From: Eledone cirrhosa
Lineage: Eukaryota
Length of the DNA: 64,000 bases
NCBI GenBank assembly: GCA_964016885.1
Contig: OZ024740.1
Location: 381,238,001 to 381,302,000, forward strand
Reading direction: 5' to 3'
Under the pieces are notes generated by a model that saw nothing but the letters and a program-made list of their open reading frames with translations, did no database searches and was not told the origin of the DNA. This document shows positions 37,277 to 49,494 of this stretch, in pieces. The position numbers and the translations under genes were made by a program. Position 1 is the stretch's first letter, and each line of letters starts with the position of its first letter.

Positions 37277-38479
37277 TTATTACAGATAATCACTGTTTAA
37301 TCCTTTACTCTCACTGCTGTTGTTGCTGCCCTTCACAGTAAATTGTGTTGTGTAAGGTATACTACAGATGTGATTGATGTTTTATGTTCATCTTATTTTA
37401 TTGTAAGATTTGTCACCTTCTCATTTTATGTTTTTCCTGTTAGTAAAAGTTACTCTCTGAGTGAATATCTATACATCATCATCATCACTAATTTAATGTC
37501 TTTTTTTCTTTTCTTTAATGGTATCAATACTTCCAATAGTATATATAATATAGTCTTCATAACAAAAAAGAATATTGTTTATCTGTGTATACTTTTAGTC
37601 TGTATGTATCTAGAAATATAATCTAAAACAACTTGGCTCATACTCTTTTATGTTTGTGTCTCCAACCATATACAAATCTACAACGAACAGTTTTATTGAC
37701 TTAAATCTTATCTGTGCAGGTAGTATACCTGAAGGCACACCACTCTTCATCAAAACATTCAATAGTTGTAGGCCAGGAAAATAAATTATATTTTAAATAG
37801 TCATTCTATCTTGATGTATAGTTCTCATAATATAGTTAACTTTTGTTGTTGTTTTGAACTATATACAATATGTATGTGTATCTGCTTGATGGTGTAAACA
37901 TTTGTTCTATTGTATTTTACAAGATAACAATAAAGTAAGTTACACTTGTAACATCCAAATTTAATTTTAAGATTCACATTTAATAAAGTTTATTTTGTCA
38001 TTTGTGTTCTACTTTTGTGTGCCTGCCTGCCCTTCTGCTGCTGCTACTCATAATTGTTTAGTACTCGGGGATCAAAGGACAGTATCCATAACCCTTTTCG
38101 GTGAATCTGTAACTGGTAAGTGGGAGGGAAAGGAGGAAGAAAGTATCCAAAGTATCCAAACTGGAGACCTGGCATGATTTCTTACAAACGAGTGCACTCT
38201 GCTAAAGTCACCTAAGGATCAGATAGTGATGTTAAATCAGGTGATGGATACATCTTAACACGGTCAACAGTAAGTTGATGTCTGTAGTAGAAATAATGGG
38301 AGGGGAGAATTCCAGAAAGTAATGGCCTGGGAAGGAAATATTGATAGAGGAAGTATGCAATTAAGGTTAAGGAAACAATTGTTCACCAACGAGATTAAGA
38401 GAAATAAAAAAAAAAATAAAGGACCCACACATGTTTTGTGTCACTGTATATTCATTTTCAACCATAAATATCAGACAAG

Positions 38480-38792
38480 ACCCCAGTGGGATCTCCAGCA
38501 CTGGATTTTGTCTGTGAAACACTTCTATGTGTGGCTTGTACAAGCCCAGGTGCAATTTCATGCATTTTTTTGGAATGAACAAATTTCCTTTCAAGGCCAG
38601 TATACAAAACTGGGTGAAGAAGTTTGAGACCTATGGGACTGGAGAACCTCAATACAATGTCTGAGAACTTTCCTACCCACTCTGGACAACCCAGTAAGTG
38701 TATACCGGAAGATATTGACATAGTCCGAGAGTCTGTTGGACAGAACCCCAAACGATTGCTGCACACGAAAAGCCAATTCTTAGGTCTCTCCA
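38480..38792 (+). mobile_element. Tc1/mariner-family transposase N-terminal (HTH) pseudogene fragment
   Basis: Frameshifted FHAFFGMNKFPSRP..WVKKFETYGT..SGQPSKCIPEDIDIVRESVGQNPKR..SQFLGLS, matching the 'GRP..ENI..VRESV..SP..S..LGLS' transposase pattern. Confidence 0.7.
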
Positions 38793-38794
38793 CA

Positions 38795-39250
38795 GAAAAT
38801 ATACATACTCACATACATAGAAACTAGAGAAAAAGCCCCCTCTGCACACAAAACTAAAAGCCTCACAGACACACACACACATACATATACCAGTTTGAAT
38901 ACTTCCCTTTATAAGACTCTGGGTCACCCACATGACCACACACACACATAGACCGAAGCCACACACTTGTAACAGTTTCTTCCCTTTGACACACACAACC
39001 ACACCTATGTCCATCCTAGCCCACCAGGCTGGACCTTTCACCGATCTCCCCTTATCACTTTATTTTTTTAAAAACTTCCTTCCCTCACCCTCTCACACTA
39101 CTCATACATCTATCTGTTCTCTTCTTATCCAATCTTTCCCGAAGAAGGACTTCTGTCTGAGACGTTGAAACCAACTCCACTTCCTCCAAGCGTGAACCTG
39201 ATATAACTGTGCAAAATTGTCTCCTTTGTTTTGTTTGTTACATTTATTAA
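38795..39250 (+). mobile_element. Possible Penelope-like 3'/pLTR remnant
   Basis: C-rich tract ending in a degenerate hammerhead TTTC-CCGAAGA-A-GGAC-ttct-GTCT-GAGAC-GTT-GAAA (39135-39170). Confidence 0.4.
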
Positions 39251-39963
39251 CTATATGTGTGTGCGTGTGTGAGTTCATCTTTTAGATTTGTGTTTTATTG
39301 TCTTGGGTCACATATGGACAGTTCCAGTTGCATACCAGTTTTTCCTTAAGAAACTCAGTTCTTTTCTATCACTGGAGAAAGGATCACTCTTATTGGTCTC
39401 CTATGCCTCTTCTTATGGTGTGGTGTTGCCAATTTTAAGAGAGACAGAGATTACCAATAAAAAAAAAATTAAAAAAATTGTGGGAGAGAATCAACCCTAG
39501 TAATTTATTAATCCAGAAGGGAGAAAGACAAAGTTAACTTTAGCAAGATTTGAACTCAAAGCAAACAAAGCCAAAAGGAATACTCAAATCATTTTTTCCA
39601 ATTCTCTGGTGAGCCTGTCAATTTTCCACCTTATATGTATTATTAATTGAATATTATTTTAAATAAATGCTAGGCTCCTAGATTGAATTAATAATTGCTT
39701 CTACTTTAGGCGCAAGGCCAGCAATTTGAAAGAGGAGGTGGAAAGTCGTTTAAATCAACCCCAGTGTGTTACTGGTGCTTTATTTATCTGGCATCAAATA
39801 TATTTTGGGGCTTGATAACATACGTTTTTATTGAATTATAATGTATAATTCATTAGACAAACCTAACTCTTTTGTTTAAAGATTTATAGCCATATGCTAA
39901 TATAAAATGTAAAATAAAAATATCAATTATTAAACTTTGATTTTTTCTTTTTTTTTACCAAAG

Positions 39964-40094
39964 GATTTTGTCACTGCCACAGACATAATGATTACATTGA
40001 ACAGAATAAATACATTCCGAGATGAAGTGTTTGGAGATGAAACGGTTTTACGTTCTTACTTCTACGCTATTTCGGATATTGCTATTGGTGCTCG
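39964..40094 (+). CDS. LAMC1: Internal exon of a laminin subunit gamma-1-like gene (C-terminal part of LN domain)
   Basis: Polypyrimidine tract + AAG acceptor and GTAAGT donor, phase 0 to phase 2. Translates [43 protein letters not shown](R), closely matching the recalled laminin gamma-1 [44 protein letters not shown]. Netrin is the less similar alternative. Confidence 0.88.
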
Positions 40095-41532
40095 GTAAGT
40101 TCTGTTTTCTTAAACTTTCTGACTTATCTTCATTTGCATGACATTTCTCTTGTACTCTTTTTTACTGGTTTCAATCACTACATTGCAGACATGTTGGAGC
40201 ATTGCATTGAGGGGTTTTAATTGATCATATTGACTCCAATACTTATTTTTTAATGTCCGGTACTTATTTTATTGATATTAAATGCTGACATGGACAAACA
40301 CATGCACATGCATATTCATAAATGGCAGGCGTCCACATTATTTCTGCCAACAAAATTTTCACTCATAAGACATTGATCAATCTGAGGTTAGAGTAGAAGA
40401 TACTTGCCCAAGGTGCCATGCAATGGAGAACTTCTTAATCACACAGCCATTCCTGTAATCTTTAAAAATTGTGTGTGCGTGTGCGCGTGCGTGTGTGCAG
40501 AAAAGCATATGTGCTGTTAATGTTCATACCAGATTCAAGTGTGTATGGGTCAGTCTTTGTGTGTGTGTGTTAGAATTTTTATACTAATTTCTGAGGAAAC
40601 TTGCAACTTGTTTAAGATGTATTCTATAGCACAGAAAAAAATAGCTAGGTATTCACTCAGGTGCATATCCACATTCATGTACATCTGCTTTCTCCTGTAT
40701 CTGCTCTCACATCCATCCCATCCACTTTCATGTACATACACACACCCAGATCTCCACTCTCTTGCTCACACATACTTTCATACAAAGTGATTAGGTTTCC
40801 AATTTTATGTTTTTTATCTATAATAGTAAAGACCCATCCCTAATTAGCAAACTGATAAATAATTGCAATATTACTTTCATGTTCATTTCATTCATTTTTT
40901 GATACATGCATGTGTAGTTATGACAAACTATCTGCACAGTTTCATAATTTAGGCAAACACAATGATTTTTTTTTGTGAGTTTTGAAAGTACACACTATTT
41001 CTTCTGTATTTAAAAGTTACATAACCATAGTGAAGTTCTTGAAATTTTGGTCATATTTATGGATGTCAAATATTATTTAAAAATAGGATACTACTGGAAA
41101 ATTTAGTATTTAGGTAATTTAGTTTTAACGGTCTCAGGTTCTATAAATTTTCATCTCTTATAACATATGTATATAAACTTAGATTACATCTTTTTCAAAT
41201 TTTAAATAGATGATATATACTGTATAACTTTGTAGGAAATTAAAAGATTGTTCAAAGAGATAAACAATATATAATATTTCCTTTGTTTTACTGACCAACA
41301 GGAAATAGATATCTTCCTATTTTTCTTAGTAGAATAAAACGTTAATAATATCACAGCATATATTTGTGAACAAAAGTATGAGCTGATAAATGATTGCAGT
41401 AAAATTAGATGATTACATATGTGTTTCAAAAACTAGTAGACGTTATTCTGTAGACACCAGGGAGAATAAAAAGTGATGGCTTACCCATGGCTGCTGGTGA
41501 CAGCTAAAAGATTGAGAAATTGTGTGCTCTCT

Positions 41533-41761
41533 TTAACCCTTTAGCATTTAAATTGGCCACATCTGGCCAGAATTCCCTCACCTCTTTGTGTTCAAACCAG
41601 CTGTAACCAGCTGCTCATACTGATATTAAGGTATTGTTCTCAAAATAAATAACATCAAAATCTCGTAGATTCGATATTATGTGAGATAATTATGTGAGGT
41701 AAAGCCTTTACCATGAAAATACAATAGTAAATATAGAGTAATGTAAATGCTATAGGGTTAA
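41533..41761. mobile_element. piggyBac-type MITE (family 1), inverted relative to the 14554 copy
   Basis: TTAA-CCCTTTAGCATTTA ... TAAATGCTATAGGG-TTAA. Confidence 0.88.
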
Positions 41762-42935
41762 GTAGCGAAAAAGTGGCTCACATATTACTAGTGATTGATT
41801 AAAATAATACCTGTGAAAAAGTGAAACTAAAAGGTGGCTTTCATAAGATGGCTTTCATCAAGATATTAATTTTAGACTTTATTCTCAAACACCAAGCTAC
41901 AAATTTCCACAGAAAAACATTTTTTCTTGCAGCAAATATTGGCCTATGATATGATTAATATATCAGGCTGCCACATTGTTTTCTTTGGGGTTGAAAACAA
42001 TTGTGTATTTGCTGTTCAGTTGGACACTCTGTCTGCTTTTCCATTGCTATCACCTTGATTACACAGGCCTTTGGTCAAAGGGATTCTAGTCATGACCATC
42101 CTATCTTCTTTCTTGCATAGAGAAGAATGTAGGACCATATCCAGCTAGTATATTTTAAAGATAGTAGAATGTGATGGCTGTTATTTCTAACTGGTTGTGT
42201 GACTATGTAAGCTCCCTCCTTGGGTCCATTGCAGTGATGTAATTTGTGAGAAATAATACATTGTTTGTGAATGAAGGTCTGTGCAGTAGATTACGCCTTG
42301 TATCTTCAGAGTGAGCTCTCTACATATCAGAAACTAAGATTAAGCTGCTCTCTATATAGACTATTTTCTGTAGAGACTAGCATATTCTAATTGTGAACTT
42401 TTATGTAGTATATTGATAGGGTTCTGAGTTGTAAGACCACAGACGATGTGATCATATGTTCAAATTTCTTTACACATGTAATATGCTTCTGATCAAGACA
42501 ATATACCTCTAATGGATTAAAAATAAGTTCCATGTTCACTTAATTTCATGGTTGGATGTTAAACAAAATCTGTTGCTTTCAATGGTCACATATCTGATAT
42601 TTAAATATATTTAATTTTGTTCTTAAAATCCATTTCATAAAATATTTCATTTTACCCCTATTATTCCACATTAACCCAAAAGTCTTATGGAATTTGTACT
42701 ATTTCAAATGCAGTTTACCCTGGCTTTGTACTAATTTGTTTATCTATTTATTTCATTTACTGTTTCATTTTCTCATGAAAAAAGTCTATTACCAAATCCA
42801 TTTACTGTATGTATATCAAGTATAATATACATTTCAACGCCTTTTGTGATTTCACTTAGTAAGTAAAAACACACTGCTTTCACCAATTAAAATATTTTAC
42901 TGTCAGCAAAAGAAACCTTAATACAGATAATACAC

Positions 42936-43320
42936 AAAAGACTGATAAATCTTTTTTTAAAGCTTGTATAATGCAGTAGAAAAATACGAAGGGCAAATGA
43001 AACAAAACAAAACAAGTAATGTTTTACCCATTGTATTTTAGTATATTTCAGGACTATTACGATCTTTTTAGATGCAAAGCCGAAACAATCCAAAACAAAA
43101 CAAACAAGTGATCAGAGTTTTCAGTCTTTTTCCCTAATTCTGAAAACTCTGCTTGTTTGTTTTGTCTTGGACTGTTCCACCTTCGCATCTGAAAAGAGGT
43201 TAATAACCCTGAAATACTATGCTATAATATTCTGGGTAAAACGTTACTTTGTTTTTTGTTTGTCATCAATTCCCTTCATTTACATTGTATCTACTTTTAA
43301 AAAAGATTCTCAGTCTTTTA
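42936..43320. repeat. Old diverged fold-back inverted repeat (~190-bp arms)
   Basis: Complementary blocks: AAAAGACTGA..TCTTTTTTAAAG / CTTTTAAAAAAGA..TCAGTCTTTT; TTTTACCCA/TGGGTAAAA; CAGAGTTTTCAG/CTGAAAACTCTG around ~43131. Confidence 0.8.
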
Positions 43321-44087
43321 CTTCATATCTCACAATGCTTTGTATTAACTACTCTATAATAAATAAAATAAATAATAAATCTCTGCTTAACATCAAATTA
43401 GAATGTCATTATAGTTGATGACTAAAATTTAGAATTATTTTCTAGATCATAACTACAACTGTTATTCTGACTAACATTAAATCATTCTTCTTCTGTTGCA
43501 TTTTGTTATATGAACACTCCTCCCTTTTTTCTTTCTCTTCTTTGGTCTGTAAGTTCATTCTCACATAAGGATCTTTAAAAACTTGAAAAGATTTTACTTT
43601 GCAGTTGGCTAAATTACAGAAATAAGAGAAGAGTATTTTCTTTTGAATAACTATTTTTTCACATAGTTATCATTGTTTTGTTTTTTTCTTTTCTTTAATA
43701 TTTCATATATGTGAAAATAAATAGCTTCACAGTTAAGTGTTCTTATATGTAAAATATTTATTGCTTTTGACAAAGCATTCATTGTCCCCCATATGTAATA
43801 TATTTTTTCATATATGGGGAACACTTGCACTGAACCTCTATTTCCCTTCATTATATTATTACTTGAAAGTTCATGAAAGACCATACATGGTAATAATAGT
43901 AATTCTAGTCATAATAATAATAATAATAATAATGATTTCTATTATAGGCATAAGTACGCAAATTTTGGAAGTGAGAACCAGCAATTAAATAGATTTAAAT
44001 ACACCACTGGTTCCTCATTTTATCGACACCTGTAAAATAAATGTCAGTGTTGACTTCATTATACAACCTGGCATTTTGTCTAAAGCT

Positions 44088-44450
44088 CTGTAATCATAAG
44101 AGAAGGCTTTATAATCATAGACTGAGGCTATGTAATCATAGACTGAGGCTATGTAATCATAGACTGAGGCTATGTAATCATAGACTGAGGCTATGTAATC
44201 ATAGACTGAGGCTATGTAATCATAGACTGAGGCTATGTAATCATAGACTGAGGCTATGTAATCATAGACCGAGGCTTACGGTAATCATAGATGAAGGCTC
44301 TCTGTAATCATAAATTGAGGCTCTCTAATCATAGATTTATGAGACCATAATTATAGAGTAAGGCTCTGTAATTATTGACTAAGGCTCTTTTTTCATAGAA
44401 CAAAACACTCTATTGATAGGCCAAGGCTCTATATTCATAGACTGAGGCTT
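44088..44450. repeat. 21-bp minisatellite with homogeneous core and degenerate flank
   Basis: TGTAATCATAGACTGAGGCTA, ~8 near-perfect copies plus decayed copies. Confidence 0.93.
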
Positions 44451-44776
44451 GCTTTCCATTAAGGTTGTTCATCTTGAACAGCTTGAAATAAATACCTGTG
44501 GACAAAAACATGGTTGGAAAAAATTCCAGAGGGTTTATGGAAAGATTAAGAAAATAGGTTGTGCAGGATGTGTGAGGGGATACTCATAATGCATCTTGCA
44601 CCCTGACTACCAGTCCAATAATATAAAATAATAAAATTTATAAAAGCAAAGCAAAAACAATTTTGCCAATCCACTACTCTGTCTACCAGCTGTAATAATT
44701 ATAGTAATATAGATAAAAACCCCAGTAGTGATTGTGGTGTTGTTTGGAATTAATCCTTCATATCATTAGTTATTTG

Positions 44777-44930
44777 CCATGCTTTGCAGCACAGAGTTAT
44801 GTCCTTTTATGGACTGAGTTCAAACCACGCCAAGGTTAACTTTGCCATTCATCCTTACGGGGTTGATAAAATAAAATACCAGTAATGTACTGGTTAATTA
44901 CTGGCCTTGTGCCAAAAGTAGAAACAATTA
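44777..44930 (+). mobile_element. SINE family B, diverged
   Basis: CTGAGTTCAAACC..CATCCTTACGGGGTTGATAAAAT..AAGTAGAAACAATTA. Confidence 0.8.
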
Positions 44931-45011
44931 TGAACCCTGGAATTCATCATCATCACCATGGAGGATATTGCTACCTGAGTGTACAGCATCTCGTACATGT
45001 CAAATTTACAA

Positions 45012-45043
<32 letters not shown>

Positions 45044-45075
45044 CCCTTGTAAGCAGGGAACACGGATGTAAAATG

Positions 45076-45118
<43 letters not shown>

Positions 45119-46059
45119 GTGTGTGGGCGAACTAATGTAACTTGATAATTTCTCTTTCCTTGCTGAAAGAGTGAAGCTGGTGTGTCTGACACAAACTTCT
45201 CTTTAACCACAAGATCTTATAATATTTCAAATCCTGCCCAACAGGTAAAAGAAGAAAACATTTGTAAGATGGCACTGGCAGCTGCTGTACTGATTTCAAT
45301 ATACTGCTGTTTAGCCCCAGGTCAACCTCGATGGAGCAACTATTACCATTCAGTCTTTTCTTTTGGTATTGTATAGTGAGGATCATATCTAATATTTGGC
45401 TGCTATTTTTTGCAGCTCTATCTTAGAGGCTCTCTTGATGGCTCTTGATTCTACATGCTAATTGCTCAGAGGTCTTGGCTGTCAGCTCTGAGCAACAGCA
45501 AGAACATCACAGGATCAATACATTCACCTTTTCTGTTAACAAGAATTAGATTTTTTATCTTCTGTGAAATTCATTAATTTCTTGAAATTATTTCCACTTC
45601 CCTATGAGAATCTTTTTTGTCTTTTGCTTCAACTTAGAGGAAAATTTCAATTCATTAAGAATTGTTTTCTAATGTTATCCAGTACATCACCTTTTATCTG
45701 AATTATCTAAATACATGCCATTGGCTAATTTGAGGTACACCCCTTAGTTAACTTTTTGTAATTAAACAAACATATAACAGATTTTATGGCTTTTGATAAA
45801 CTTAAGTAGGCTTTTGACCTGTCACATTTTATTATTTTCTTTTATGTTCTTTATAATTCATGATTAATAAAATATCTAGATTAATGTCAAAGGCAGAAAT
45901 GCTATATTTATTTAAGCGTTGTTTCCATGTCATTAGTTACTCTTTATTTTACTACTACCCATTCTTCTATCTGTTCTTTATCTATACAGTCTATTACCTA
46001 GATAGCTATTCTACTACTATCTATCTCTATTATCTGATGGAATGACTTGCTATCTTGAC

Positions 46060-47075
46060 TATCTTGCTAGATATCTATTCTATCTGCTCTCTCTTGCTAG
46101 ATATCTATTCTATCTGCTCTCTCTTGCTAGATATCTATTCTATCTGCTCTCTCTTGCTAGATATCTATTCTATCTGCTCTCTCTTGCTAGATATCTATTC
46201 TGGCTGCTCTCTCTTGCTAGATATCTATTCTGGCTGCTCTCTCTTGCTAGATATCTATTCTGGCTGCTCTCTCTTGCTAGATATCTATTCTATCTGCTCT
46301 CTCTTGCTAGATATCTATTCTATCTGCTCTCTCTTGCTAGATATCTATTCTATCTGCTCTCTCTTGCTAGATATCTATTCTATCTCTCTCTTGCTAGATA
46401 TCTATTCTATCTGCTTTCTCTTGCTAGCTAGCCTGGCTGCTCTCTCTTGCTAGCTAGCTATTCTGGCTGCTCTCTCTTGCTAGCTAGCTATTCTGGCTGC
46501 TCTCTCTTGCTAGCTAGCTATTCTGGCTGCTCTCTCTTGCTAGCTAGCTATTCTGGCTGCTCTCTCTTGCTAGCTAGCTATTCTGGCTGCTCTCTCTTGC
46601 TAGCTAGCTATTCTGGCTGCTCTCTCTTGCTAGCTAGCTATTCTGGCTGCTATCTCTTGCTAGCTAGCTATTCTGGCTGCTATCTCTTGCTAGCTAGCTA
46701 TTCTGGCTGCTATCTCTTGCTAGCTAGCTATTCTGGCTGCTCTCTCTTGCTAGCTAGCTATTCTGGCTGCTCTCTCTTGCTAGCTAGCTATTCTGGCTGC
46801 TCTCTCTTGCTAGCTAGCTTTTCTGGCTGCTCTCTCTTGCTAGCTAGGTATTCTATCTGATCTCTCTTGCTAGCTAGGTATTCTATCTGATCTCTCTTGC
46901 TAGCTAGCTATTCTATCTGATCTCTCTTTCTTGCTAGTTAGCTATTCTATCTGCTCTTTCTTGCTAGTTAGCTATTTTATCTGCTCTTTCTTGCTAGTTA
47001 GCTATTTTATCTGCTCTTTCTTGCTAGTTAGCTATTTTATCTGCTCTCTCTTGTGAGCTAGCTATTCTATCTGAT
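46060..47075. repeat. 30-bp minisatellite array with variant domains
   Basis: CTCTCTTGCTAGATATCTATTCTATCTGCT and CTCTCTTGCTAGCTAGCTATTCTGGCTGCT blocks, ~33 units. Confidence 0.96.
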
Positions 47076-47757
47076 ATATCATAACTTGATCAGAGATAAA
47101 ATTTCAAATAGTGCTCTGTATATGTATATACACACACATATGTATGTATATCTGTATATATTATATCTGATATATTATATCTGATATATCTTCTAGCAAG
47201 AAAATCCCTTTTAATACCAACCTGCCCAAAACTGCCTCTGGTTCTATGAAAAAAAAAGACAAAAAAACCACCCACCCTCCAAAATAACTTTATAAACGTA
47301 ATATAAGGTTATAACCTTAGTAATAAAATAGTTTTAGTAAAACTCTCGAAATCCTTAATTTCATTTCATTTCATAAGAAATATTGTTATGATAGGGTTAA
47401 AGATCTCTGATACTTAAAACCAAAGGTTATGTATGACATTGTAAAAAATATACAAATTTTCGAAGAAAAAATTTGGTGAGAAAATTCATGCAAGCTTTTT
47501 GTAAAAAGGCAAAGTGATTTTCTCACTAAGTTATTCTTAGATAAATCCAAATATTTATATATTAGCAGTGGAACTTGAGATAAAGTATGTGAATACATGT
47601 TTGTGTGTAGCCTTGCACACATGTGCACACTCACTAGCTCTTATGTGAATGTGTGTCTGTGTTTGTGTGTGTATATATATATATTTGTGTGTGTGTGTGT
47701 GTGTATGTATCTCTATATATATAGATGTGTGTGTGTATCTATATATGTGTATGTACA

Positions 47758-47761
<4 letters not shown>

Positions 47762-47839
<78 letters not shown>
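47762..47839. repeat. (CA)n microsatellite
   Basis: Long dinucleotide run. Confidence 0.95.
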
Positions 47840-47843
<4 letters not shown>

Positions 47844-48271
47844 TTAAGGGAGGCAGTCAAACTTTAATAGAAAAAGCACTCCGTACACATGAACTTAGAG
47901 ATGGTTTCATTTTTTGAAGAAAAAGGTGGCAAAGACGAGGGAATTTTGTCATTAATGAGCCTCTTCAGACTGTAGAGGCCCATTAAAGATGAAACCTTGA
48001 AATCTCTGCCACCTTTATCCCCCCCCCCCCCCAATATAAAAAAAATTAGATACATAGGCACACACATTCATACATACATATGCAAACATTCTCATCATCG
48101 CTTTTACAACTGCCCTTCCCTTCCCATGTTGGCATGCAATGTACAAGATTTCTTGATGCTAACACTAGTTTTTTTTTAAGAAAGCCACTTTATCTCACTG
48201 GTTTTAGCATGTCAAATTGATTAGCTGTGAGATATATTATTGATATGTATATATATATATATATATATATG

Positions 48272-48436
48272 AATGTGGTTGGTGTTAGGAAGGGCATCCA
48301 GCTATAGAAAACCTGCCAGATACAGTCCTATATGAGCGAGACATGGTCACCCAATCAATCTTCCCTCAAGTGGGACAATTCCGGTCTAACTCATGCTAGC
48401 ATGGAAGATAGACATTAAACAATGATGATGATGATG
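48272..48436 (+). mobile_element. 3' tail of the RTE family (short 5'-truncated copy)
   Basis: Reverse-complement homolog of 49148-49310, with (GAT)n tail. Confidence 0.8.
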
Positions 48437-49494
48437 TTATATATATGCAAAAGGTAAACAGAAAAACAAAACAAAGCAAACAGCACTGTGCAATGAAGAA
48501 ATATATCAGTTTAATGCTTGGCATAATAGAACAAGAGTCCTTGTTTCAGACACTAGTCTTTCATCAGAATATAGAATGTGAAATAGGAAGATAGTGACGA
48601 GAGGAAGTAATGGAAAATATATTCTTTTTTTAGAAAAAGCATGTGTTTATTCAGTCAGCCACTTTGGAGAAAAAACTGACAAAACTGAAACCCTGCAGTC
48701 ACCTAATTACTTATATGCCCTTCCTTTTGCCCAGAGGTGCCTTCATTGTATCCAACACATTCTAGAGTTTTGAAGCCAGATGGAGTTCCCCACCCTCTTG
48801 TATTTACATATATATTTGTTTGTTACATTCACACACACACCAACATGGAGAAACAGCATAAAGGTGATGATGATATATATGATGTATATGTATATGATTT
48901 TTTAAAGCATTTATTAAGTTGTACAGTACAGCTTTTGAAATTTTGACAGGCTCACTGACCTTTTTTCTGACAGCCGCTGAAGGACATGGTATAAAAGTTG
49001 TCAAAAGCTGGTTTAAATATTCATGTAGAATGAATGATTGTTGATATGGATTGTTTACCCTTACAGTCTTGTCCTTTGAATTACATTTAACTGACTTCAA
49101 TTTTCACACCATAGTTTCTTTCACATTTGAGAAAAATTATTGTGATGATCATCATCATCATCATCAACGTTTAACGTCCGTGTTCCACGCTTGCATGGAT
49201 TTGGACGGGGGTAGTCCCACTTGAGGCAAGAGTGATTGTCTTGCTCGCATAGGACTGTCTGGCAGGTTTTCTACAGTTGGATGCCCTTCCTAACACCAAC
49301 CACATTTACAGTGTGGGTCTGGGAGGTTTTTACCGTGTTGCCTACACGGCCACATTACAGCGTGGACTGTGTGTTTTTTTGTCGTGACACCTACACGATC
49401 TCATTTGTTTCGGCCTGGATGGCGCGGCACCAACATAACTTTACATAGAACGGGGTGGTGTGGATGGGGTGGGGGTGGGACGGGGTGTATTTTG

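Noticed and set aside
36774-37289. Repetitive ORFs (YKIEVMSYV)n, and similar ones at 19709, 44041, 46042-46860 and 55831-56379
   Set aside because: By-products of minisatellites with unit lengths divisible by 3. There is no codon-position divergence and no splice or protein-family evidence.
40018-40020. Arg in place of the conserved Gly (TFRDE vs TFGDE) as an A-to-I recoding site
   Set aside because: The codon is CGA, not AGA, so editing cannot produce Gly.
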